Of a stretch of 64,000 bases of DNA, positions 27,332 to 42,851 are shown one piece after another (the first letter of the stretch is position 1; each line of letters begins with the position of its first letter). A program made the position numbers and the translations under genes. The notes under the pieces are model-generated. The model was not told the DNA's origin. It worked only from the letters and a program-made list of their open reading frames with translations, and did not search any database. Origin of the DNA: Octopus vulgaris (taxonomy: Eukaryota); contig OX597832.1 in NCBI GenBank assembly GCA_951406725.2, forward strand, positions 34,286,001 through 34,350,000, in the 5' to 3' direction.

Positions 27332-29830
27332 TTTCATGGTGGAAATCCTCTTGGTGAAATGTCTTTGGATTGTCTCAAGCTCTGTGGTTAGTTTGACACT
27401 ATGCGGTGACCACAGTTGGGAGCAGTAGTCCAGGCGGCTTAGGACAAATGTCCTCCATAGTGTCAACATGGTCTCGCAGTCTCTTGTCCGGAATGTCCTC
27501 AGGATCCAGCCAGTGAGTCGTCTGCACATTGTCGCCACCTTCGCGATGTGTGAAGAAAAAGATGCATCGTCACTCATGTCTATCCCCAGGTCCCGTATTG
27601 ATTTCGATACTGGGATTTCGATCCCTCCTGGACCAGTATAGTTGTGTTGTAATGTATATGTGTTTACAGCTTGATATTGTAAGGCTTGAAATTTACCAGC
27701 ATTAAATTGCATGTTGTTGTCTTCAGCCCATTTGTATATGGCATCCAGATCTTGTTGTAAAAGGTCAGCATCAGCTGGGTTTTTGATTGCCTGTGCTACC
27801 TTTGTGTCATCAGCATAGCTAGTGAGGGATGTTGTTTGTGCTACCAAGGGCATGTCAGAGAGCGCCACCAAAAACAGCAAGGGACCCAAGACTGTGCCCT
27901 GTGGCACCCCGCTTGCTATTGGTGTCTTTCCCGAGAGGGCTCCATTGGCTGCAACCATCTGGCTTCTGTCCTTCAGGAAGTCATGTATCCACTCACCTAC
28001 TTTTCCTGTTATGCCGAGTCTGAGTAATTTGTGACATATCACTCCGTGGTCGACTTTGTCAAAGGCCTTCGCAAAGTCGAGATATACCACATCCACCTGT
28101 GAGCGATCCAGTAGTTGTTTCAGTACCCAGTCGTAGTGTTGTAACAGCTGCGTAAGGCAGCTTCTTCCTGGGCGAAAGCCATGCTGTGTGTCAGTGAGAC
28201 GGTTAGTTTCTTCGAGGAACGTGATCAGTTTTTTTCTGATGATTCGTTCCATGACCTTACTTATGTGTGACGTCAGGGAGACTGGCCTGTAGTTTTTGGC
28301 CTCTGCTCTACTCCCTCCTTTGTGGATAGGGCATATGGTGCCTTCTTTTAGCGCCCTGGGCAGTTTACCGTTAGCCAAGGAACCACTGAAGAACTTCTTC
28401 AGTGGTCCCGCTAGGGCATGCCTGCATGTTTTTAGGAGGACTGCTGGGAATCCATCTGGTCCAGCAGCTGAGTTTATTCTCATTTCTTCTATGGCAGATA
28501 TTACATCCCTCTCTGTTATGTCTATGTGGTCGATGGTTGTTGTTTGGTTTTGGAGTGTTGTGGCATCAAAGAAAACTTCTGGGTTTGTGATTTGCATGTG
28601 CCCCAGAGGGGATGTGAACACACTTTTATACTGTTCCTTTAGTATTTCACTTATCCCTTGGGGGTCCTCAGTTAGAGAGCCCTTTTTATCAAAGAGTGGG
28701 CCAATCTTGCAGTGTACCGAGGTGGTTTCTTTCGCAAATTTAAAGAAGGCTTTAGGGTTTGTTTTAATATTCTCTATGGCCCTGGCTTCTCTCTCTGCCC
28801 TCTCCTTCTCATAGGAAAGTTTGAGTGCAGTTTCCGTTTCAAAAAGTTTCAGGTGGAGTCCCTCATTGTTTCTCTGCCGTGCATTCAGTTGCTTCGAGAG
28901 CTTAGCTCTTCGCCTCATAAGTATTTTCCTGTCTCTGGGAATAACGTTCCTATGCCCGCTGGCTTTTTTCTCCGGGATAAACTTATGGCATATGTTCTGT
29001 ATTGTTGTCATGAAATGTTGGAAATGTGTGTTGGTGTCTTGTGTGGTGATGAAGTCACTCCAGTCATGTTTTCGGATCTCTTCGTTGATCTTCTTCCAGT
29101 TTGCCTTATGGAAGTTTAGACTGGATAGGCCTGTGGTATTTTCTAATGGCTGCGTCTCAACTAACTCTCTCATACCATATATCATTACCTCTACTAAGTT
29201 GTGATCTGAGAGAATTGTTGGTGTTACCATTATGTTGTGGATGAGCATCGGGTTGCTTGTGAAACAGAGGTCCAAGACATTCTCACCTCTTGTTGGCCAA
29301 AGCACTGCTTGCTCCATGAAAAACTTGCGTGTGAGAGCCAACAAGGACTCTGTCTGTCTCTGTTCAAGTGATGTCATTCCAGGGAGGAGATGGCCATCTG
29401 GCCATTTGACTTTCGGAAGGTTAAAATCTCCCAGCAGTAGAATGGTGTTACCCTGGTCCAGTTTGTCCAGGACTTCTTCTATTCTTCTGAGGCTATCTTC
29501 AAACACTCCTTCATGACTAGGGGTGTCTGGTGGCCGATATGTGACACATATTACTATTTTCGGTTGTTTCATGTGTACTATCAGTGTGTCACAGACTGAG
29601 TTTGAGTGTGTCAACAGTACTATGGGTGTGACATCTTCACGGACGTACAGGGCAACCCCACCATGAGTTCTTTCCTTCCTGTCCGACCGAAAAACAGTAT
29701 ACTTCGGTATGTGTATTTCTGCATCTGCTATACTGCTTGACAGGTGCGTTTCAGTCAGCGCTATGCATATTGCATGGTTGCTTGTGCTCAAGTCCCTAAG
29801 GTAAGGAATTTTACCCATATTAGTGGGTTT

Positions 29831-29833
<3 letters not shown>
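27332..29833 (-). CDS. CR1-clade LINE 'A' ORF2 (APE endonuclease + reverse transcriptase), 834 uninterrupted codons, cut by the gap
   Basis: APE: [43 protein letters not shown]: [50 protein letters not shown]. The 5' end abuts a TA array. Confidence 0.96.
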
Positions 29834-30770
<937 letters not shown>

Positions 30771-31382
30771 TAATTTTCCTGCTTACTTCTATGAATAATA
30801 TAGCATCTAATTATTTACTTTGCGTGCAAGACACTTGTCACCCTCATGAAGACAACGAAAAGAAATACAACAGAAGCGAACTTCTAATAAAAAGCTATTG
30901 GTTTGCTGTTATGGAGTCTATATCTGTAATTAAATCTTTTGTTAATCAATTCCTTGCCTACTGAACAAACATTTATTTTTACTTAGTTATTTCGTTTTGG
31001 TAATTTTGTTTCTTTCTATATTTTTTGTATGTGTCTTTGTATGTTTGTGGGCTGTTTTAGGGGTGTATTTTTGTTTTTGTCTATATTTCTAATATTTTTT
31101 TATTATTAGGCTTTCATCATCATCTGACTCATTAGATCTTTTAATCATTTACCTCCATAACTGTAACCATACATAACTAATCGATGATTGCATCTTGTGT
31201 TCGCATTCATGTTTGCTTAACAAACCAGCAAATATATTCATATGCATATGTATAGGTATACACACACACACATGCACACACACGCAAATACACACACACA
31301 CATATATATAATGCTTACATACACATACGTACATACACCTATTTGTATATTCATATACGTATTATAATTAAGATATGTGTGC

Positions 31383-31440
<58 letters not shown>

Positions 31441-32665
31441 GAATAAATGAAAGAATAGAGTCGAACGAAGATGTTAACAAAATTTCTTTACTCTCGACAT
31501 AGGTTTTGAAGACCACATGGTTTCATTCCGAAGGAATAAAGGGTATATGATGCAATCTTCTCATCAGGAAAGAAAGGGAGCCTCTCTCGGCAACAAGACA
31601 AACACAAATTTCTATGACTGCCTACATGGTAAACAAAACGACAATAAGTGATTTTTTAAAAAAGCCGTTAGAAGAATTGACGTCAAAGTTAGATAGTAGG
31701 AAGAGAAGGGTTAAAGGAATGATAGGTAGGGAACCAGTGGAAAAGGAAGGGTTTGTTGATTAAGAATGTTCAAAGGCTTAGGAAAGAATTTCACTATTGA
31801 AGTGGAGTGTATGTTAAGCCAATTGTTCAAAGCACGATGCCTATCGTAATCATTTGTAAGAGTAAAAGTATGTTTCTGCCAGTGCTTACATTTATAGGAT
31901 TTCTCTATGAGTGTGTTTACAAGGGGAACCTTAGAGAAGAGGATATGGAAGAGCTCAGAGTTGCAAATGTTACAAAATCTCCTGCCCTTATCAAAAGGAA
32001 ATTATACAGACAGTATGAACCAATCTAACTTGAAATCTATATTATTGTCTTTAAGACGCCAAACTAATTTACTTAGCCCTGTACTATGTCGTTTTTTACT
32101 GTCTCTGAATGTTGAATAGTGGTTTGAAATTCCCTTGGATAACTGGGAAGAGGACGCTCCTATATAGAAGACATCGGTACCAGAGGAGATTCTACACTGG
32201 TAAATAGAATTCTCGACCTTAGAATTACTAGACAAAAATTTAATTCTACTGGGGTTGTCCTCCGAGATCGAAACGAAGTTTTTATTGCTATGATTGTTGT
32301 TTCTATTATTATTAGCGCTAGCAGCTCCAGTATTCGTATTATTGTTAGTATTATTAATGGTAATACAATCATTAATTTCTCCGTTATTGTTATCACTATC
32401 AACATTGCCATTGTTGTTAACACGACTGATTCTATTATTAATATTATCATTGTTAACATTATCGCTACTATCATTGCTATTACTATCAATACTATTCCTA
32501 TTGGTATGACTGTATGATGGGTTGGAATTAGTAAGATTTATGTCGGAACTCCCGGGTGAAGAATCGTCATATGTTGTGGTGTGTGCTAGTGCTCCATTCT
32601 AGTTTTCTATTCAGGCTAGGTTTATTTTCTATTATGTGTGTAGCTATAATTGGTAGAACCTATCC
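31441..32665 (-). mobile_element. Penelope-like retroelement 3' part (Asn-rich linker + GIY-YIG + terminal repeat)
   Basis: SIYQCRISSGTDVFYIGAS...NHYSTFR...STGLSKLVWRLKDNNIDFKLDWFIL, then FCNICNSE; the terminal repeat matches 13917-14110. Confidence 0.9.
31491..31572 (-). ncRNA. Hammerhead motif in the Penelope terminal repeat (G12A, probably inactive)
   Basis: ctttc-CTGATGA-gaaga...tcttc-AAAA-cctatg-TC-gagag. Confidence 0.75.
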
Positions 32666-33285
32666 TTTTAGTAGAACCCCTGTACGGATAAGTACTGTAC
32701 TGTGTGTAGATTTAGCCAACAAACAACTGTAAAGACAGAAATGTAGTCTATTGTATAAGATGTATAGAGGGACGATGCAGTAACAAGACAACAACATACG
32801 TAGGGGAAACGGCAAGAAGCACTAGCACACACCACAACATATGACGATAGAGGATCCCGAAAACATAATAAATACACAGATAAATAAACAAATAGAAATA
32901 AATGACTATATATATATTTTTTTTTCGATTCGATTTATTATTATTATTACTAGTATTGTTGTTATACATACATACATACATACATACATACATACATACA
33001 TACATACATACATACAAGCATATGTAATGATAATAATAAGTGGATGTAAACACATGAACAAAATAAGAATAAACAAAAACAACAACAACAAAAACAAAAT
33101 ACAAATTACATGAACGTATATAAACAGAGGATACAAATATTACAGGCATCCACACACATACACACACTAAATAAACATAGACGCACATAGAGATATAAGG
33201 ATGCGCAAATGAAGACATACAATAGAAATACAAAATGGCTAATGGTTAATAAGGAGAGACACAAATAAGAAAGAAGAAAACAAAG

Positions 33286-33329
33286 GACCACTGATGCGTT
33301 CACAGGAGTGTGACGAAAGAACTCTGGTC
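33286..33329 (+). ncRNA. Compact type I hammerhead motif (A9C variant)
   Basis: gacca-CTGATGC-gttcaca-ggag-tgtgac-GAAA-gaac-TC-tggtc: helix I 5 bp perfect, helix II 6 bp plus a bulge. Confidence 0.7.
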
Positions 33330-33504
33330 GAAATAAGATTAAGATTAATGTAAAAAATAAATAACACTGAAGCAAAATAATACCAAACATATAGTGCGTG
33401 TGTTTTTATTGGCTAAACTGGCAAAATGACCATTCCGAAATATAAAAATATCTGTTTCAACACACGACTTCACATAAAAAATTTTGCACAATAAATATTT
33501 AAAC

Positions 33505-33587
<83 letters not shown>

Positions 33588-33876
33588 TGTATGTATGTAT
33601 GTATGCATGTATGCATGCATGCATTCATGTATGTATGTATGTATGTGTATATATATATATAAATATATATGTATATATATATATATAAATATATATGTAT
33701 TTATATATATAAATATATATGTATATATATATATAAATATATATGTATATATATATATATAAATATATATGTATATATATATATAAATATATATATAAAT
33801 ATATGTGTATGTATATATGTATATATATATATATATATGTGTGTATGTATATATATATATAAATATATATGTATAT

Positions 33877-34889
33877 GATTGATTGATTGATTGATTCTAG
33901 TTTCAGCTTATGAGCTGTGGCCATGCTGGGGCACCGCCATTTGGTGTTGCTACTTGGTTTCACTTCATGGAGGCTTTCTAGCAACTGCTATTTGGTGCAT
34001 GAGAGAGTTCGATGCAGCTGCCCTCATCTGCCCCTCCTGCCGTGAAGTTGGTTCATCTGGGACACCTGACAGGAAGAGATCCAGCTTCATTTTAAAGACA
34101 TCTGTATCCACCCCATGCAGGTCTCTCAGGTTCTTCGGGAGGATATTGAAGAGCTGTGGGCCTCGGAAGCCCAGGCTATCACAGAATCTTGTCCTACATC
34201 TTGATGGCAGGTTCGGAGTCCTAGGCACCACGCAGTGGCGCCCAGTTCTGGCATTTGCGTAACTCTCGATGCCAAAGTTCAGGACACTTCCCTCCAGGAT
34301 CTTCCAGATGTATATTATGGCATATCTTTCCCGCCTACGCTCCAGGGAATATAATTTTAATCTCTTGAGTCTTTCCCAGTAGCTTACATTCTGCATAGAG
34401 GCTATCTTCTTCGTGTAGCTTCGTTGGATCGCCTCAAGTTCTGTGATCAACTTGACACTGGATGGTGACCATAGCTGAGAGCAATAGTCAAAGTGGCTTA
34501 GGACAAGTGTCTTCCAGAGGACCATCATGGTTTCTTGTTCTCTTGTTCTAAAGGTTCTAAGAATCCATCCAGCCAGCCGTCTACATATAGACCGTATATA
34601 TATATAAATATATATATGTGTATATATATATAAATATATATATATGTATATATATATAAATATATATATATGTATATATATATAAATATATATGTATGTA
34701 TATATATATATAAGAATCCATCCAGCCAGCCGTCTGCATTTCATTGTCAGTTTAGCAACATGTACATGAAAGGTCGCGCCATCACTCATGTGAATACCCA
34801 GGTCACGCACTGATTGTGCCTCTGGGATTGCAATCCCTCCGGGTCCAGTGTATTCCTTGGGTATTGCATTCAGTTTTGCATGCTGATAG
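33877..34889 (-). mobile_element. 5'-truncated CR1-clade LINE (same subfamily as 8798-10082) interrupted by a TA-rich insert
   Basis: Non-repetitive parts of ORF 33965-35611; (AATC)n tail; insert at 34583-34710. Confidence 0.94.
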
Positions 34890-35394
34890 TATATATGTGT
34901 ATATATATATATAAATATATATGTGTATATATATAAATATGTATGTATATATGTATATATGTATGTATATATATATAAATATGTATGTATATATATATAA
35001 ATATGTATGTATATATATATAAATATATATGTATATATATATAAATATATATGTATATATATATAAATATATATGTACATATATATAAATATATATATGT
35101 ATGTATATATATAAATATATATATGTATGTATATATATAAATATATATGTGTATATATATATAAATATATATGTGTATATATATATAAATATATATGTGT
35201 ATATATATATAAATATATATGTGTATATATATATAAATATATATGTGTATATAAATATAGATATATATGTGTATATAAATATGTATGTATATATATATAT
35301 ATATGTATATATATGTATATGTATGTATATATATATATGTATGTATATATATATATGTATATATATGTATATGTATGTATATATATATATGTAT

Positions 35395-35426
<32 letters not shown>

Positions 35427-36093
35427 GTATATATATGTATATGTATGTATATGTATGTATATATATATGTATGTATATGTATGTATATATATATGTATGT
35501 ATATATATATATATATATATGTATATGTATATGTATGTATATGTATATGTATGTATATATATATGTATGTATATATATATATATTCCTTCAAGGAATACC
35601 AGATAAGCCACCTATAATTGGATACAACTCACCCAACAAAACTCACTACTTGAATGGACCATAAACAAAACTTGATTTAAACAGGATTCAAATAATCCTA
35701 TCGGGTGGTGCTATTAAGTTAGACATGGCCTGGACCAATCATCGGTCGAAACATATCTAAGTTTATTTATATGTATATATAAATATATATATATGTATGT
35801 ATATATATATATATATATGTATGTATATATATAAATATATATGTATGTATATATATATATAAATACATATGTATGTATGTATATATATATGTATGTATGT
35901 ATATATATATATATATGTATATATATATAAATATATGTATGTATGTATATATATATATTTATGTATATATATATAAATATATGTATGTATGTATATATAT
36001 ATATATGTATGTATATATATATAAATATATGTATGTATGTATTTATATATATATATATATGTATGTATATATATATAAATATATGTATGTATG

Positions 36094-36126
<33 letters not shown>

Positions 36127-36260
36127 GTATGTATATATAGATATATATGTATATATATATATATATATATAAATATGTATATATGTATATATACATATTA
36201 CATATGTATGTGTGTATAGATAGATAAATAGATACATACATACATATATATATGCATATA
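34890..36260. repeat. TA-rich compound arrays
   Basis: Direct inspection; interrupted by a LINE 3' end at 35584-35770. Confidence 0.95.
35584..35770 (+). mobile_element. Extreme 3' end of another CR1-clade LINE
   Basis: [19 protein letters not shown] resembles LLSGIPDEP of LINE A; tail CATGGCC-TG-GACC-aatcatc-GGTC-GAAACA. Confidence 0.7.
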
Positions 36261-36959
36261 TGTGTATGCGCGTGCGTGTGTGTATTTAATAATGTGTGCC
36301 CTTGCATACAGGCCTAAGATCCAGATAATTTCTTTTGCACCTATATTTGTGCGTCTGAGTGTGTACGCGTGTGTCCACGCCTGTCTGTTTCTGATTTAAA
36401 ATTTTATTTAATTTACGCACACATGCTTATGTATATTACATTATATGGTATAAAGATGTAATATTTATTATACGATATATGTATATATATTCGTGTAAGT
36501 GAATGTATAAATAAATATATTTATATACGTGCGAGTGAGTGTGTGTATTAGTCAACAGCGTTCGTGTAGACATTGCTAGAAAGAAAGCGTAGCGCCAAAT
36601 CCTATCAACCTCTCTCTCTCTCCTCCCTCTCTATTTCTCTCTCAAACACTCATTTCATTTGCACTTCTTTGACATCTACTGACACCTCTTTGATGTGATG
36701 TTTCTTGCCGCATTACACTTCATTCCGCATATCTCAATTCACATTGGAGTCGAGAATATTTTCTCGATTCCCTCCAGTAGAACTGATTTCGAGTTTGTCA
36801 TAAGATTATGATAGGTGAAGATTTATTCTGTAAATTCTTCATTTAAAAGGATCATTGGATTCCAAATTACTTTTCCACTTGTTAGGCCAATTTTAATATA
36901 CATATACATATACACACATTCACACACCAACCCTTTCATTTTTACTGTCAGTATAAGTT

Positions 36960-37940
36960 ATTTAGATGGAACTTTCCTTGTCTCTCGTATTCTCAATCTC
37001 TTTCATTTTCTTACAGCATCAGCTGTTGGATAAACTTTCTCTCTGGGTCACTAGCAACTCAATCACATCATCCTCTATGACTTCTTCAAATCTTACATCC
37101 TTTGCAAGTGTCACAATATCTTTCCGAATATGAGGTAGACTTTCTGCTCGTAGAAAACTTGTAATATCATTGATACAGTCTGATTTAATACTTTTGCAAG
37201 CTCTTTTCTAATTTGAAGGTTTCACTTCATCCCATGATTCAGCTATATTTATCCACAACATCCGTTGTGTTGAATTTCCTTCAGAAATCTCTCGAACTAT
37301 AGGTTTGTCGTACCTGTCAATTGCTTTGATAAGTTGTTTTAAAGTTTTTCTCATATAATAATACGCTGAAGTTAACAATTACACCTTAAGTCCTTGACTG
37401 GAATAAACAAGTTGTATTCTTGAGGATATAATCTACTCTCACATGATCAGAAAGGTCATCTAAGTTTGCTGGGTGGCTGAGTGCATTGTCTAAAAGAAGC
37501 AATGCTTCGTTGGAAATTTTGTGTCTGGCAATGTACTTTTCTACAGCAGGGCAAAAATGTTTGTAAACCTCTCTTTGAAAAGGCTCTTCATCATTTAGCT
37601 TCATCAACATTGAATACTTACTCTGGTGAGCAACCCTCTTCAGCAATCATTTTCTTCAACTGTTAGGATAATTAGTAGCCGCCTCTCTCTCTTAATGTCC
37701 GCAGTTTCATCAATCATCTTCATTTTGTACAACCAGACTTTACCAGCCAAAAGTGATTTTCATTTGAAACGTCACCTTGCTTTTCCTGCAAATTGTCATA
37801 TAAGCCTTTAGTACTCTTATGAATCAACATCATGTTTATCAGCAAATTAAGCTGGTTATGATCCGCGATCTATACACTCAAAAGTCGTTCCATTTTCAGC
37901 TTTATCTATGAAAAAATATGGTCCGGACAACTATCGGAGT
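36960..37940 (-). pseudogene. Pogo/Tigger-like DDE transposase relic
   Basis: FCPAVEKYIARHKISNEALLLLDNALSHP...YILKNTTCLFQ resembles the Tigger LLLDNAPGHP...LPPNTTSLIQP motif. Confidence 0.8.
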
Positions 37941-38149
37941 AGCTTCTTGAACACTTGACATAATTTCTTTTTTCTCCTTGTCGTCACGTATTGTTCCCAC
38001 CGCAGAAGTTGCATATTTTAATGTTTTGGCAGCGAGAAGTCTCGTACCCTAAGGTAACCGTATCGCATTGATATATGTATACACTCACGTACGTACACAC
38101 GAGCACATACAAACACACACACATATATATATGTATGTATATATGTGTC

Positions 38150-38317
38150 ATTGATTATTTTTGCCTCCCACACACTGCTTGGCAACCGTTGTTTGTTTAC
38201 GTCTCGGGACGTGGTGATTCCACATTAATACCAAACTTTAAAATAATGACTATCGGGATCGATTCGTTAGATTAAAAATGGCAGCAGTATAATGACCGAA
38301 AAATTAAAAGATAAAAG
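38150..38317 (+). mobile_element. SINE family 1, degraded 3' half
   Basis: GCTTGGCAACCG..GTTTACGTC..GATCGATTCGTTAGATTAAAA..AAAAGATAAAAGAT. Confidence 0.6.
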
Positions 38318-38359
38318 ATATATATATGTGTTTGTGTAAGTATGCATGTGTGTGAGTGT

Positions 38360-39284
<925 letters not shown>

Positions 39285-40269
39285 AGCAAGCGCGTGTTCT
39301 TTCGTTTGTGAGTGTGAATATATATGTAAGTGTATGTATATTTTGCCAGGCCTTTCAAGTTTCTGTCACGCAAAGCATTTAAAAGTGTGCATGATATCAG
39401 CAAGAACGAAACGCTTATAAATTTTGAAGTGAGTGATACGACTGCTACCAATTTCAAAAAGCAAAGACTGAAACAACGGACGAAATACTGAATGAACTGA
39501 TAAAGACGATTTCATTCTATTGCAAACAAGGATGGGAAAATATTTACTCTACTTAACTGTGACAAGTATGATAGACAAGATGAAATGATTGTTGACTATA
39601 AATGGGCTTCAATTTCGGCGCCAAGAAATATTGCACTAAATACAGCGAAATGTGAAGGTAAACACAGCATTCCATCAGAAGCGGTGCGTAGGTCACGTGT
39701 ATAAATGTTTGCATCTAAGGACGTATGTTTGCCGATGTAGAAGCATGTATATACAAGTGAGTCTGCAGATGGCGTATGTAAATGTTTTCGTGTAAGTGTA
39801 TATATATGCGTGTGTAGAAGCGTGTACATGCAAGTGATTCTGGACGTAAGAAAAGTCCTTACCGTAATGCATTTCTACAATAAACCTGTGGTCATGAAAG
39901 GGATCTGCAGAAGATGAAGGTGTCTAAAGTGAGCATACATGTATGATATTATAACCGAACTAACACGTGCTCTTAGTAAACCCAAGCTAGGAAGTAATGA
40001 AATGTTTCCAGTCAAGAAAATTGAGCAATGTTTCGTTGATGCAAACGAAGGTTATGAAGTTGTAAGAATTACCAGCTGTAAAAGTGCAGGATCTAAGTTA
40101 TTACAGCGCTGAGTAAACTGTTGTGTTGCTGCCATGATACTGTTGAGCCGCTCTGTTGCTTCCATAACCAAAATGAAAACTGGAGGTTGAGGAAAATAAC
40201 CCTTGGTAATTCTGTCAGTGTTTAGACATGCCAACAGATAGCAGTACACGGTTGCGCGTGTAGTGAGTG

Positions 40270-41105
40270 CTAGCCGTGACCTCCATCAGGCAATGTACAG
40301 AGTGACATAGCTGCGTTTACTTCACAGGTTGCAAAATTTGTGTTCTTGAGATCACGTGTATGCTGTAGTCTGCGATTTTTGTCATGGACAGGAAGTTGGA
40401 ACAAAGAGCCAACGTGAAATTTTGCATTAAACTTAAGAAATTTGCTACAGAGGCATTGAGCATGCTTCGGTAAGCTTACGGCGACGTGGCAGTGGGGCGC
40501 ACGCAACGTTTCGGGTGGCACGGGCGCTTCAAAAGCCGAAGAACATCCCTGGAAGACGATGAGCAATCTAGGACTGCCACGACCGTCACCCCCGAAAATT
40601 TGGAGAAGAATCATAAGCTTGTGCCTAAAGCTCATCGGAGGACAATCAACAACGTTTTGAAGCGTTTGAGGAGGGAAGACATTTGGCAAAAGCGTCTGGA
40701 TCTGTGGAGGGCGAAGAATTGAATTCTTCACGTCCACAATGAACCCTGTCACCGAGCTCTCCTTATTCGTCACTTTCTCGCCAAAAACAGCATGGTATCG
40801 CTTCCGTAACCGCCGTATTCTCAAAATTTAGCACCTGAGGACTTCCATCTCTTCCTTAAGAGGAAAATGCAGCATGAAGGTCACAGTTTTAACCCCGTTA
40901 TCGAGATCCAGGGCGAATCGCAGGTCTTCAACTTGCTTACAGAAGACGACTTCGAGGCCAGATTCCAAAAGTGGCTAGAAGACTGGAACCAGTGTATTGC
41001 TGCGTAAGGTGACTATTTTGAAGAAGACGATGTTAAAACATCGGTAAATAAGTTGTTTTTTTTTTTATTAAACATAACAATTCCAGGAACATGTTGATAC
41101 CATTT
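40270..41105 (+). mobile_element. Mariner relic with internal deletion
   Basis: EQRANVKFCIKL...GWHGRFKSRRTSLEDDE HTH and PPYSQNLAPEDFHLF (YSPDLAP motif); the left boundary is approximate. Confidence 0.88.
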
Positions 41106-41359
41106 ATGTTGGTATGTATAAATGCCATTAGTAAATGAATTAATAAAATGAAGTTACTGCGTCTATTTCTGACATGCACACACACATACACTTATATACA
41201 TATACATACACACATACATGTATGCATACATACATACGTATATTTCTAGTGCTTATGGATAACACATTGGCCCATACCCACAACGTAATGTTCTCAGAAG
41301 AAATCACTTTCTATCTACAACCTCTTCTGAGACACAGTCTTACTGAGATAGAAAGAAGG

Positions 41360-41410
<51 letters not shown>

Positions 41411-42727
41411 GAAAGTGAAATATGGAATGAAAGAGAATAAGGGTAAGAAACAGAGAGAAGATGAGAAGAGAGACAGAGAACGAGAGTAATGAAGACATAC
41501 ACACCGACATAGACGTGCACAGACACACAGACAGACACACACCTACTGAATAAGATTTTGTCGCCGCAAACGTTGTCTTTCTTATCCGAGCAACTTGTAA
41601 ATTGACGGCACGTATTTGGCAAGTGTTAAAAGCTCTTCTTTCAAATATGTCGGAACAACCATCGATGAAAATACAAACAAAAACCGCAATCAACATTAAG
41701 AAGAAGAGGAACGAAGAAGGAGAAGAAGGGAGACGAAGTGGGGGATGAAAAGGAGGAGGAGGAGGAGCGTGTGTTGGTGAAGTGTGAAAAGAAATCGTTT
41801 CTTATTCAATTATGACAATAATATATTCTCAGCACAGTTCTACAATACTCTTCATTATTTAACATACATCTATATAACAACAACAACGCCAACGACGACG
41901 ACGACAACAACAACTACAATAGACCGCTTTGTCAGTCTGTATATTTGTTTCTTTGTTTTTGACTTTCTCTTGTTTATTGTTCTTTATTATTCTCGTTCTT
42001 GTTACTGTGGTTGTTATTCTCTTGTTCTCAAGTTTGCGCTGGTGAAGTTGCATCATAATCAAACACCATTCCAGCCACGACCAACCTTCGTGGTTATTTC
42101 TAGCATTTCTTTATTTCATATCGCCTTTGTTTAAGATAAGGTTTTACATAAAGTGAGTATTCTTCCATAAACTTAGCTCATTAAAACAATTAATTGACAA
42201 AATTCCCTTCAGAGGAAGATTAAAATTTGTGTGAACAAAACCAGGCAAGAGAAATGAATCCATTAAGATCGGTTGAACGAAACTGATGCACAATATACAC
42301 GATGGAGATTGAAATGAACTTTATATTTAAAGATATGTTTCGGCCATATTGAAACTCCTCAGTAAGGTATATTTTATTGTCAATAAAGTTTAGAATATAT
42401 ATGTATATACATATGTGTTTGTGTGAGTGAGTGTGTGTGCGTGTATGTGTGTATGTATGTGTGTGTATGTATGTATGTATGTATGTATGTATTTATGAAT
42501 GTGGCCCGCTACGTAGAGTTTTGAGCCTAAAGAGATGTTCCTGACAGTCGTGAAGAGCCAGACCTAGGTTATAAATCTGAGTACACCATCAACTTTTGAT
42601 ATCCTAAACATATTTGTCCACTCTACGTTGCTTGCCGCGTTTCTATATCATATAATGTTTGCACTTCGTAAAATATGCCTTTAAAATAATTTACTATACC
42701 TATATCGCGTTATATAAATACACACAC

Positions 42728-42774
<47 letters not shown>

Positions 42775-42851
42775 TAAGGGTAGAAATTGATATTTATCAA
42801 TTAAGACCAGTGGTCTAGCATATTAAAAAAGAATCCGAAGATTAAAATATT

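Noticed and set aside
34583-34710. In-frame (153-bp) nature of the LINE insertion as evidence of selection
   Set aside because: One-in-three chance, TA repeats lack stops, and the host LINE is 5'-truncated.
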